Shown here one piece after another: positions 1 to 10,872 of a DNA stretch of 29,746 nucleotides. Location: contig CAXHJY010000088.1 of the NCBI GenBank assembly GCA_964016885.1, forward strand, positions 1-29,746, given 5' to 3'. The stretch comes from Eledone cirrhosa. Its lineage: Eukaryota. Below the pieces are notes generated by a model. That model was not told where the DNA came from, did no database searches, and worked only from the letters and a program-made list of their open reading frames with translations. The position numbers were made by a program, and so were the translations under genes. Position 1 is the stretch's first letter, and each line of letters begins with the position of its first letter.

Positions 1-163
1 CATAACGCACCAAAGTACTCAATACTTGAGGTAGTAGAGTGGGTAATAGGAACCAGTAAGACCCCGACAGCTGAGCTCAAGCCGTTTCGACGGCTAATTC
101 TGGACTGAGTCCAGAATTAGCCGTCGAAACGGCTTGAGCTCAGCTGTCGGGGTCTTACTGGTT

Positions 164-168
<5 letters not shown>
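1..168 (-). mobile_element. Palindromic mini-element, copy A (tail cut by window edge)
   Basis: Perfect inverted repeat 46-106 / 108-168 around a single G at 107. Bases 1-45 are the reverse complement of the tail of copies at 17987-18190 and 18915-19111. Abuts (TA)n. Confidence 0.85.
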
Positions 169-204
<36 letters not shown>

Positions 205-528
205 ATGTATGTATGTATGTTATGTATATTATGATATATATAGAGAGGGAGAAGGTGATAGAAAGCGAAAGAAATAAAGAGAGAAGCATACATTATAAAC
301 ACACGTGCAGATATATTTCTACACAAATGCATACATGCATATGTACGCATATGTGTATAAATATATTTGTGAGTTTGTAAACGTATGACAGAGTGAGTGA
401 ACGCATGAGTGTTATATGTATGAGAAAATATATATTCTATTTTAAAATTAATTTGCCCAATACTACAAACAATATTCAAAATGAAGTTATATATATATGT
501 TTAACGCTTGATATAGTAGGAAATATAT

Positions 529-566
529 ATCAACGTTTCCGACGCTACTCATTCATCAGACAATAC
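529..566 (-). ncRNA. Degenerate hammerhead-like motif, possible end of an old PLE (~490-1060)
   Basis: Minus strand reads CTGATGA-atgagtagcgtcg-GAAACGTTG, ~30 nt before a short TA run. Helices are poor. Confidence 0.25.
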
Positions 567-1063
567 AATGAGAAAGTGGAACAAACAGGAAAAATACTTT
601 CGAGCATGTACATATTCAGTCAGCCATTTTGGGTAAATGTCATATATATATATTTATATATATTTAGTAATAATAATAATAAATGTGAAGACTAAAATCC
701 GAAGAGGGCTCGACAAGGATAATATATATATAAAAATATATAAAACCATATAACAAATATTTATTAAAATAACAGAGTTTCAGAAGATCCCATTAAGGGT
801 GAGAGCAGCGATTCTTTGCTGAAACTTTAATCTGTTATTTTAATATAAATATATATATATAAAGTCCATAAAATCATTAGATATGCTGATTGGGAGAAGA
901 AATAATGTATATATTTTATCTAATGATTCTATGGAATTTTTATATATTGCTCTGATTATTAATTATTTAATTAATTCGTCATTGAGCCACACTGTGAATG
1001 GTTGCCAAAAACATATATATATATTTCAATGGCCTTGTCTAGTTTATGTGTATATACCCTTTA

Positions 1064-1064
1064 A

Positions 1065-1142
<78 letters not shown>

Positions 1143-1143
1143 G

Positions 1144-1222
<79 letters not shown>

Positions 1223-1560
1223 GGGGGAGAGAGGGGGGAGAGGGGGGAGAGAAACAGAACTAGTCCTGTAAAAGTTACTTTTCAATGTCACCTTTGTGTC
1301 TGTGTATGTGTGTGCGTATGTATGCATATATATAGGTATGTATGTACGTATGTATATATGTATATATGTATATGTGTATGTTTGTATGTATGCATGTATA
1401 TATGTGTATGTAATTTTGTAAGTATGCATGGTTGTATGTGTTTACGTACGAGCATATATATCTGTGTATGTTTATGTATATATGTATATTTATATGTTGT
1501 ATGTATGCATGTATATATGTATGTAAGTATGTAAGTATGCATGTTTGTATGTGTTTAGGT
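1064..1560. repeat. Compound (TA)n/(GA)n/(TATG)n microsatellite region
   Basis: Directly visible simple repeats. Confidence 0.95.
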
Positions 1561-2159
1561 ACTGGCATATATATCTGTATGAACGGAAAAAATGAAACGA
1601 AATTTCATTTCCCACTCTTAGTACGGCTGTTACTTAAATATAAGTATGTATACGTACATACATATATGTATACAGACATACAGTAGTATGTATATATATA
1701 TACATGCATGCACACATATATAAATGTACGTATGGATTCACCAAACATTTATTATAATGCTCGGTGTGTTTGTATATATATATATATACGAACACAAACA
1801 TAATCTATTTTTTCTGTTGCATTTCCTCCAAACTCAAAATAATTGCAAATGAATTCATCAAATTCCGATAGATCAATATATATTTGAAATCTGTCCCTGC
1901 AGACGATCTGCTATTTTTTTTTTTTTTTTTCGGTTGAAACCCTGACATAGCAGAACATCATTCCGTCTCTAAAGTTACGTTATCTGATCTTAGTCTCAAC
2001 ATTTGATGACGTTTCCCATAAATCATTAAACACCATAGAAACTACATCTATCGTCATCTGAATCACACTGAGTTAGTGTGAGGAAACATCTTCGCGGTAG
2101 GTGGATGGTGGTGGCGGTGGTTTGAGATATATTTGAGTCGAGGCCACGTAAGAATCAGC

Positions 2160-2201
2160 GTACATATGTGTATGCATGTGTATATGAATATTTGACTGTA
2201 C

Positions 2202-2255
<54 letters not shown>

Positions 2256-2623
2256 TATAAAGTATATATATATATATTATATATATATATATTATATATA
2301 TATATACACAAACACACATAAACATAAAGTATATATATATATACACAAACACACATAAACATATATATATATAAATATATATATATACATGTTTTTTGTG
2401 TGTGAGATTTTGTGTGCAAATGTGTGTGCGTGTGTGTGTGTGTGTAAACACACACACACACACACACACACACATTTGTGAAATGAAGGAGAAGGGAGAA
2501 GATAAAGAAGTAAGTCGTATTGTAAACACCAAAACACATTTAGAGACCTAAATTTGTGCGTGTATATGTGTGTATATATATATATGTGTGTGTATTTGTG
2601 TGTTTGTATATACATACACACAC

Positions 2624-2704
<81 letters not shown>

Positions 2705-2709
2705 CATTT

Positions 2710-2740
<31 letters not shown>
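2160..2740. repeat. Compound (TA)n/(TG)n/(CA)n microsatellite region
   Basis: Directly visible simple repeats. Confidence 0.95.
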
Positions 2741-2879
2741 ATGTTCTATTTCCTGAAATTCTTCCGTGTCACTTCCATTTTAAAATGTTTTACACTCTTT
2801 AATATACAAGTACACTAATATACACTCAAACACATTTGTTTTTGTGTGTGCGCGTGAGCGTGCGTGTGTGTTTGTGTGT

Positions 2880-2960
2880 TGCTCCTCCGTTGGTTACTAC
2901 GTAGAGCGTTCCAGTTGTTAAAAAACGAAACAGCTTCATGAAAGTAACTCTTAAGTATTA
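2880..2960 (+). mobile_element. Possible degenerate cephalopod SINE fragment
   Basis: tggttactacgtagagcgttccagttg...gaaacagcttcatgaaagtaac resembles, from memory only, an abundant octopus SINE body. Confidence 0.25.
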
Positions 2961-3176
2961 TATGTTCTACTTATTTTTGCTAATTAAGACTTCAGACTCT
3001 TTTCTTTTTCTAAAGGACACAATGCGCCAACAGATCTTTAATACGCATCCTGTTACATGAACACAAACAAACGACAGCCATATTCACTATAATATTTATC
3101 ACATAATCAACATAAACAATTATATGTTCATTTACGTATCATATGTACACAACCACAAACATACACATATATATAT

Positions 3177-3263
<87 letters not shown>

Positions 3264-3460
3264 GTTTCTGAATTTGTTTAGCAAGATTCTTAATCTGAAA
3301 ACGTGTGTTGAAACCGATATTGCTATACTCTGGGAGGGTCATGTTGCCAATAAGAAACACACTCACCAGTTGCTTTCACTGCAATTTATTATAAATTAAA
3401 TTTATAAATTTCCGATTGGTTGGTTCGTTGGTTCCACAACCAGATGATAGTTCATATATT

Positions 3461-3503
3461 GTCAAAGTTCTTTCGTCACACATTCTTTGACCTCTTCAGT
3501 GAC
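3461..3503 (-). ncRNA. Minimal type I hammerhead-like motif (left arm copy)
   Basis: GTCA-CTGAAGA-G-GTCAAA gaatg TGTGAC-GAAA-GAAC-TT-TGAC, with one mismatch in helix II. Confidence 0.6.
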
Positions 3504-3702
3504 TGGGGATTCTTTTCTTTGTTTTTGTGCCTCTCCTTTGTTCTGTCCTACGCCATCTTGTTTTTCTGTGTGTTGTGTGCTTAGTTTGCGCATGTGTTTC
3601 ATCCGGGTGTCTGTGTGTGTTTATATTTGTTTATTTATTTGTTTATTTACATGTTACTGGTTGGTTGTTTGTTCTATGTGTGTGTGTGTTTTCATTTTGT
3701 CC

Positions 3703-4484
3703 TTAATTGTAAGTTGTGATGTTGCTGTTCCATTCATGTTTTCTATTTAATTTTGGTTGGAGTTCATTTATGTTTATTGCCTCTGTGATTTGTCTAAACA
3801 TTGCGTCTTTTCTGTGTGTAGATTCTATTTTTATTTCTATGTTCTCTAATTTACCCTTATGTTCTATTTTAGCATGTTGGTGGAGTACAGATGATTCTTT
3901 ACTATCTAGAAGGTTTCGCCAGTGTTCATTAATCCGTTCCCTATACTACGAGCTGTCTCACCTATGTACACTATATTTTTATCTCTACATTATCCTTCCG
4001 TACATCTTATGCTATATACTACATTTCTATTTTTACAGTTAATATGGGGGCTTAATTTACAGATTATACATTTCTTATCTATACAGGAAGGTCTTTGAAA
4101 AGGGTATGTATTGCTAATAAGTGTTTTTATGGAGGTACCTGGTCTTTCTACTATCTTAATATTGAGTTTATGTTTATCTAGGGCCCTTCTAAATTTGTAA
4201 GATAATTCACCTCTAGGCGTTGTATCGATGAACATTACACTCTGGTATTTATTGCTATCATACCATGAGTTTATTCTATTAACCTTATTCCTAGTTCTTT
4301 CTATTCTATTCCTAAATTTGCTCCTATACAAGGGGCAGGTCCCATTTTTATCATTATTTACCATTATTTCCCATTTGGTTCTGGCTCCTCTATATTCTCT
4401 GATTTTATCTCTCTGATTGTAACCAGAGAACTGCATGCGGTGGATGAGTATTGTATGTGTCTCTCTAGTTCTTTGGGGTTGCAC
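3703..4484 (-). pseudogene. PLE ORF C-terminus: RT thumb/linker, Cys-rich linker and GIY-YIG endonuclease, disrupted
   Basis: Hand translation: ...CIDKKCIICKLSPHINCKNRNVVYSIRCTEG*CRDKNIVYIGETARSIG/ERINEHWRNLLDSKESSVLHQHAKIEH...RQITEAININELQPKLNRKHEW...YN*. Shows NVVY/YIG, catalytic-type R, E and N, and CCHH residues. TAA at 3990-3992 and a 1-nt frameshift near 3939. Confidence 0.92.
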
Positions 4485-4781
4485 ATCAAAGACAAATCAC
4501 AGAGGCAATAAACATAAATGAACTTCAACCAAAATTAAATAGAAAACATGAATGGAACAGCAACATCACAACTTACAATTAAGGACAAAATGAAAACACA
4601 CACACACATAGAACAAACAACCAACCAGTAACATGTAAATAAACAAATAAATAAACAAATATAAACACACACAGACACCCGGATGTAACACATGCGCAAA
4701 CTAAGCACACAACACACACAAAAACAAGATGGCGCAGGACAGAACAAAGGAGAGGCACAAAAACAAAAAAAAGAATCCCCA

Positions 4782-4824
4782 GTCACTGAAGAGGTCACAG
4801 AATGTGTGACGAAAGAACTTTGAC
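4782..4824 (+). ncRNA. Minimal type I hammerhead-like motif (right arm copy)
   Basis: Helix I GTCA/TGAC, core CTGAAGA 4786-4792, one extra G, helix II GTCACA/TGTGAC, GAAA 4811-4814, tiny helix III, predicted CUU site ending at 4820. Confidence 0.68.
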
Positions 4825-5013
4825 AATATATGAACAATCATCTGGTTGTGGAACCAACCAACCAACCAACCGGAAATTTATAAATTCCTAAATTTATAAA
4901 TTTTATTTATAATAAATTGAAGTGAAAGCAACTGGTGCGTGTGTTTCTTATTGGCAACATGACCCTCCCAAAGTATAACAATATATATATATATATATAA
5001 ATATGTGTGTATT

Positions 5014-5106
<93 letters not shown>

Positions 5107-5170
5107 CTGTTGTGCTTGTATACACGTACATATGATACGGTAATATAAACATATAATCGTTTATGTTGAT

Positions 5171-5203
<33 letters not shown>

Positions 5204-5206
<3 letters not shown>

Positions 5207-6692
5207 AATTCTGTCCCCATTAGCCTACCTTAACTCTACTTAAGTCAGTTTTTTAGATATCGTTGCGTGTATGATAGTGTAATTTTATTCCTTTTTGTAA
5301 ACATTTGTAACGATACATTAAAGTTTATATACTTTAATGACTTAGACTATAGCTAATTTTATACTACCTTATCGGACGGGTTTGATATTTTTAATATTAA
5401 TTTATCAGATAGGGTTTGGAGTCATTTAAAATGATCGTTTTCCTTGGTGTTTACCAAATTTCGTAATGCACGCGAGGCCTAAGTGTGTACACATTTGCTT
5501 TGTTTTGTAATTTCCGGTTGATTGTATTTATCAGTTTTATTTACTACTCACTGTCTGGCTTCGTTCACTCATCCACACATGTCTGTCTACTAACCTTGAA
5601 ATTATAAGTATTTATTTATATATTATATGCCAATTTTTTTAAAATATATTACATTATGATATAGATCCTGATTACTTACCGTTTATTATATATAACATTA
5701 AGATAGTTATACTTTATATTTTTTTAATATTTTAATATTTTAATATTGTAATATGTAACATTATGGTATTTAGACTTTACATATCATGTTAGATGTCTAT
5801 ATTTTTTCTGTAACAACATATTTTTTCTGTAACATCATAATTGTTCCCTGTACCAATATAGTTTTTTGAGTATTATTGTATTATATTATATGATTGATAT
5901 TTCCCCATTTATTATGTAACCCAGTATGAATCATGTTGTACATATTGTTTATGGTAATTGTTAATATAATGTTAACAATTTATCATTGTATTTCACTGTG
6001 ACATCTATATTGTTTCTGTAAATTAACCGGAGATTATATATATTCTACTTTATTATATTGTATTGTATTATATAATTTTGTTGTTTATTATTTATTATAA
6101 GTGTTTCTTGTAAGTATTGCCTCATGTATATTGGGTAGATGTATTAGCATTATTTTCACTATTACCATGCTTATTTTTGATATTTTTGATGTTCAAACTT
6201 CCAATAGGGCTTAATTTCTGTGTAATAGAAAATAGATATGTGTATTGTAATATGTGTGTGTGTGTGTGTGTGCGCGCACATATATACATGTATATATTGT
6301 ACCTTTTGATTTTTGATTTCGAATTTCAGTGTTGGTATAGATATATTATTATTATAATGTATTATACTGTGTTATATATAATTCCTGCTCTATATAACCA
6401 AATTTGTTTAGATTTAAGTTGGTGACTTTGGAATATATTTGTAATATGGTTCTTAATGTTATCTACATCCTTAGTTATTATAATTTTATTATTTTTATCT
6501 TCATTTTTATTATCGTATACCTTTGTAAGACATTAGTGTATGTAAACTCCATATTCTTCAGAGTTTCTGGCTTGTATCTGCCGAAATTACCTCTTGTTGT
6601 TTTGATTGCCCTGATGAGTCCTTAATAGGACGAAACATTGTCGGCTAATAAAAACTTTTGATGTATTAAAGGATTCTTTGTTTTACTCTCTT
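5204..6692 (+). mobile_element. Putative non-coding PLE-derived or retrozyme-like element (5' boundary uncertain)
   Basis: T-rich 1.5-kb island bounded by (TA)n on both sides, with a consensus hammerhead ~50 nt before its right end. No recognisable ORF. Confidence 0.45.
6601..6654 (+). ncRNA. Minimal type I hammerhead ribozyme, full consensus core
   Basis: GCC-CTGATGA(6611-6617)-GTCC ttaata GGAC-GAAA(6632-6635)-C att G-TC^GGC. GUC site ends at 6642 and helix I can extend as ATT-GCC/GGC-t-AAT. Confidence 0.88.
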
Positions 6693-6819
6693 AATATATA
6701 TATATATGTATATATATTTTAAGGAACGATCGACTTTCGTCAAATCGAACCGAGGGAACAATGTTTTTTCCGTTGGTCTTTTCAATTGCCAATACTATCT
6801 ATCGGTCGCAACTCCAGGT

Positions 6820-6943
6820 AGAAGGAGCAACGTGAAATAAAGTGTCTTGCTCAAGGACATAACGCATCGCCTGGTCCAGGAATCGAACTCACAACCTTAC
6901 GATTGCGAATCCAATTCTCTAACCACTCAGCCACACGCCTTCA
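6820..6943 (-). mobile_element. tRNA-derived SINE with CORE-like domain, 3' truncated
   Basis: Minus strand A box TGGCTGAGTGG (6923-6933), B box GAGTTCGATTCC (6879-6890), then TGTCCTTGAGCAAGACACTT resembling the CORE-SINE core. Confidence 0.8.
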
Positions 6944-6944
6944 C

Positions 6945-6994
<50 letters not shown>

Positions 6995-7517
6995 GCATGT
7001 GTATCTGTGTGAGTGTGTATGTGTGTCTGAGTGAATGTGTGTATGTGTGTGCGAGCGTATGTGTGCATGTGTGTGTGTGTGTGTCTATATGTGGGCGTGT
7101 GTGTTTAGGAAGCTGAAGTAGGTCGGTTTGAATTAGCAAGGCCACAAAATGGGTCGAGGAAAATAAAAGAACAAGAATGACTGATTGATACCTTAGTAAT
7201 TTATTAGTCCCAAATTATTTCGGATTTACCATCCATCATCACAGTGGTTCAGTAGTGGGGGCTCCGGCGAAATAGGAGATTGTCTTACCCAGTCGCTGTT
7301 TATTACATATAACTTTTAGGAAAGAGAGTCTCGGATTTCTCCAACGAGAAATTTCTTGACCTCATATTTTCCTCCTCCTCCTCTCACCTTTTGCATTTGA
7401 CATCAGCTGTCCCAATTCCCTTCCGAATTCAAACCCACCTGCATAGCATTGTACAGTTTCCTATACATACCCGCTTTTCACTATATATATATATATATAT
7501 GTGTGTGTCTATGTGTA

Positions 7518-7554
<37 letters not shown>

Positions 7555-7714
7555 TAGTAAGTTATATTGAAAGCAGGCCTCCATCTTCCGAATCAAAACG
7601 GTCATACTAGTAGCCTAATATTTACGTGGTTTCAGAAGTTATTTACTCTAATGGGTGTGGTAAGAAATTGTGGAAGCCTAGTTGAAAAGTTCACAACTGT
7701 TAGTGCATGGTAGT

Positions 7715-7990
7715 CATTATAGTTGGCTTCACGTATGCTGCGTATATCGTCTCCATATTTCTTCATCTTGTTTTGTGCTGAATGTTATATATAAATTGTA
7801 GTGTTATCAACTAATGCAGTGCTTTCTAATTTTTTCGCATTTACTGTATGGAAATGTGTTGAACTGGTCCTTTGTTTTCAGTGCATGTTTAACTGACGAG
7901 AAGTGTCGTACTTATGTGTGCGACGTGGCGATTGTGGTGTTTACGTCCATGTTTGCATTGTAATCTATACATCACTTTGGTCAGCTGAAG
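7715..7990 (-). pseudogene. Highly degenerate PLE GIY-YIG endonuclease remnant (second family)
   Basis: Frame-hopping translation LQLTKVMYRLQCKHG..HVAHISTTL/SRQLNMH/..THFHTVNAKKLESTALVDNTTI/..KTR*RNMETIY..VKPTI follows the order VVY-C-YIG-R-H-H-E-PxxN. Confidence 0.5.
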
Positions 7991-8250
7991 TACGTTTTGT
8001 GGTTTACGAATCTGTGGTTCCAGGTGTGTGTGTGTATGTGTGTCAGGTCAATTGTTAAATGTGTTAGATGGTCATATAGATTGCTTTGCGGTATTCGGTA
8101 CGGTTCTCTGTACTTTTTGAATTCAAATCACTCTTATCTTAGTCAGCAAAAGCGTACTTGGGTGGGGCGATTTTTCCTCTATAACCCTTTCGCAATTCGT
8201 TCCTCTGTCTCTCTCTCACTCTCTCTTTCACACATACAGACACACTTATA

Positions 8251-8298
<48 letters not shown>

Positions 8299-8526
8299 AT
8301 GAGAAGAAAGAAGAATATTGCGTGGTTGCAAATGGGTTACATATGATAAAAATAGTCCTTCGCCAGTGATTTTCCAACCATCATTGGTATTTTATCGCAT
8401 TAAAAATCAGATACCTCAGGATGGTGCGAGCAATAACTAAAGAAGGTTATTGGGACCAGTAATTCGCGTAAAGCGAGAGGGACAAGTAAACAACATAGAA
8501 GGATAAAAGCAAACCGAAGATAGATG

Positions 8527-8599
<73 letters not shown>

Positions 8600-8757
8600 A
8601 TATATAGAGATTTTGAGTATATGTTGGTTGTATAGCAACACCTCAGTATGCAGGCTGGACCACTCGACGAAGTGCGCAGTTTGGTTTGGTTACTCCGGAA
8701 TAATGTAAAATAAAGTTAAATAAAAAGTCAAATGTTCAAAATTTAGCTTCGCTTATT

Positions 8758-8812
8758 ACTGCTATATATATTTCAGTGACAGCCATCTTTGGCTGTGACC
8801 TCTTCAGGCAGT
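8758..8812 (-). ncRNA. Type I hammerhead ribozyme with (UA)n helix III
   Basis: ACTGC-CTGAAGA-GGT c ACAGCCA aaga TGGCTGT c ACT-GAAA-TATATA-TA^GCAGT. Confidence 0.82.
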
Positions 8813-9478
8813 CCGAATTAGTGTGGTATAGACAAGTACATATGTTGTTGAGGTGTATAATATTGTCAATACTCTGATATGCCCAGTTCCTGGTTGGGTT
8901 GTTATTTCATTGAGGAACTGGAGTCATATGAATTCAAACAAACGAATTTCAGTGTCAAAGGGCCTCTTCTCCTCTCATTGGTCAGTTGTTAGAACATTCC
9001 TCATTCTAAGTGTTGTTATTGTTGGAGTTAGCTTAAACAATTGATAAAGTGGTAGAAGGGACAAGGTGTTAAAGGAACAAAATAACAAAAAAAGTGTCAA
9101 ACTTCCTATTGGTTAGTTCTGACAGCATTCCTCAGTCAGAAGTCTATAGAATTCTTTCTGGGGTGAGGCTCCCTGTAGTGTTTGTGTTTGCTATTGTTAA
9201 GTACATTTGACCTCTACCATTATTTTGGTAGTGTTGTTGGTGTTGTGGTCAGCTTATGTCTTGCTTCTGTTGACAATTTAGAAGTATCTGTGTGTGTTTT
9301 TTCTTCATCCCTCCTGCCACCATCTCTCATAGTGGTGGTGGTGGGGGGCTTATTCCATGTATATGAAGAAATATAAGGCAATATATGAAGAAAACAGAAA
9401 ATAAATAATATAATTTCTATAATTTGAAAATAAATAATAAATAGAGAATAAAAAATAAAGAATAAATGAAAAATCCGG

Positions 9479-9644
9479 GACCTTCCTCAACATATATGGA
9501 CAGTAGCAACACTAGAAGATGTGAACTCCCCTCAAGCTATAGGGACTTCTACAGAACATGTAAACAACTCTCAGCCAGACCTCCCACAATCTATATGGGC
9601 AGTAACAACACCCTAGGTTGTGAACTCCCCTCAAGCCATAGGGA
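9479..9644 (+). repeat. Imperfect 67-bp direct repeat, 99-bp period
   Basis: 9479-9545 and 9578-9644 share gacct.cc.caa..tatatgg.cagta.caacac...tgtgaactcccctcaagc.ataggga. Confidence 0.9.
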
Positions 9645-10384
9645 ACAACCCAGGCTGAGCAGACACCATGATAGACTAGAGATTGAATCGGACACAGCCA
9701 TTATAATTTGGCCAACATCTATATAACACAAACACATTTTAATTTACTTGATTTCTGACTTTCAAGTCCCAATTTTAAATCTTGATTTCTCTTTATTAAT
9801 TTATTATTTGTTTTCTGCCCTCTTCACTGTATCACCTTATATCTATTTTTAAGTTGAGATTTATTATTGCACAAATACATTTTGTTTGATTATCTTATTT
9901 TAACATCTTGTACCTCATACCAATCTATCCAACATATTTCTGACCTTGAGATTGGTTATAGCACACACACACTTTATCCTACTTTATTTGAATCTTCATT
10001 TTATTTTTCACTTCTCCATATTCATTTTCATTACTTTTTCACCGATTTTTAATTCATTCTTTATTCTTTATTCTCTATTTATTATTTATTTTCAAATTAT
10101 AGAAATTATATTATTTATTTTCTGTTTTCTTCATATATTGCCTAATATTTCTTCATATACATGGAATAAGCCCCCCACCACCACCACTATGAGAGATGGT
10201 GGCAGGATGGATGAAGAAAAAACACACACAGATACTTCTAAATTGTCAACAGAAGCAAGACATAAGCTGGCCACAACACATACAACACTACCAAAATAAT
10301 GGTAGAGGTCAAATGTACTTAACAATAGCAAACACAAACACTACAGGGAGCCTCACCCCAGAAAGAATTCTATAGACTTCTGAC

Positions 10385-10543
10385 TGAGGAATGCTGTCAG
10401 AACTGACCAATGGGAAGTTTGACACTTTTTTTGTTATTTTGTTCCTTTAACACCTTGTCCCTTCTACCACTTTATGAATTGTTTAAGCTAACTCCAACAA
10501 TAACAACATTTAGAATGAGGAATGTTCTAACAACTGACCAATG
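10385..10543 (+). promoter_or_regulatory. Duplicated GGAATG + CCAAT-box module, candidate pLTR promoter
   Basis: TGAGGAATG-N9-CTGACCAATG at 10385-10412 and 10516-10543 with identical spacing. A single copy occurs at 20247-20274. Confidence 0.4.
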
Positions 10544-10706
10544 AGAGGAGAAGAGGCCCTTTGACACTGAAATTCGTTTGTTTGAATTCATATGACTCCA
10601 GTTCCTCAATGAAATAACAACCCAACCAGGAACTGGGCATATCAGAGTATTGACAATATTATACACCTCAACAACATATGTACTTGTCTATACCACACTA
10701 ATTCGG

Positions 10707-10761
10707 ACTGCCTGAAGAGGTCACAGCCAAAGATGGATGTCACTGAAATATATATAGCAGT
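10707..10761 (+). ncRNA. Type I hammerhead ribozyme with (UA)n helix III
   Basis: Helix I ACTGC/GCAGT, CTGAAGA 10712-10718, long helix II, GAAA 10745-10748, TATATATA 10749-10756, predicted cleavage after 10756. Confidence 0.8.
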
Positions 10762-10806
10762 AATAAACGAAGCTAAATTTTGAACATTTGACTTTTTATT
10801 TAACTT

Positions 10807-10863
<57 letters not shown>

Positions 10864-10872
<9 letters not shown>

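Larger units (their letters stand above)
3261..4984 (-). mobile_element. 5'-truncated Penelope-like retroelement with inverted pseudo-LTR (head-to-head)
   Basis: Arms 3317-3795 and 4490-4984 are reverse complements with scattered mismatches and one short indel. The interior encodes a GIY-YIG region, each arm has a hammerhead-like motif, the left arm has an extra ~56-nt tail (3261-3316), and both ends lie in (TA)n. Confidence 0.92.
8607..10813. mobile_element. PLE-type head-to-head inverted element with 770-bp arms, no recognisable RT or EN
   Basis: 8706-9475 is the reverse complement of 10044-10813, gap-free with about 14 mismatches by hand count. 568-bp spacer, a hammerhead near each outer end, a ~100-nt one-sided extension at 8607-8705, and (TA)n on both flanks. 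Confidence 0.88.

Noticed and set aside
46-168. CRISPR-like repeats or a bacterial terminator
   Set aside because: There is no repeat-spacer periodicity, and the context is clearly eukaryotic repetitive DNA.
3990-3992. In-frame stop next to a zinc-ligand Cys as possible selenocysteine recoding (reported for some Naiad PLEs)
   Set aside because: The codon is TAA, not TGA, and a frameshift follows ~50 nt later, so this is ordinary decay.
3487-4837. Paired Cys/Val-rich ORFs 3487-3750 (+) and 4535-4837 (-), and the paired ORFs at 8853/10472 and 9182/10131
   Set aside because: They are antisense readings of inverted-repeat arms, duplicated only because the DNA is duplicated.
6860-6943. tRNA gene
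   Set aside because: A and B boxes are present but run into a SINE core with no proper acceptor stem. The same holds for 18681-18770.
8706-10813. ADAR editing signature between the arms
   Set aside because: By hand only about 4 of 14 differences are A/G, in both directions, and half are transversions.
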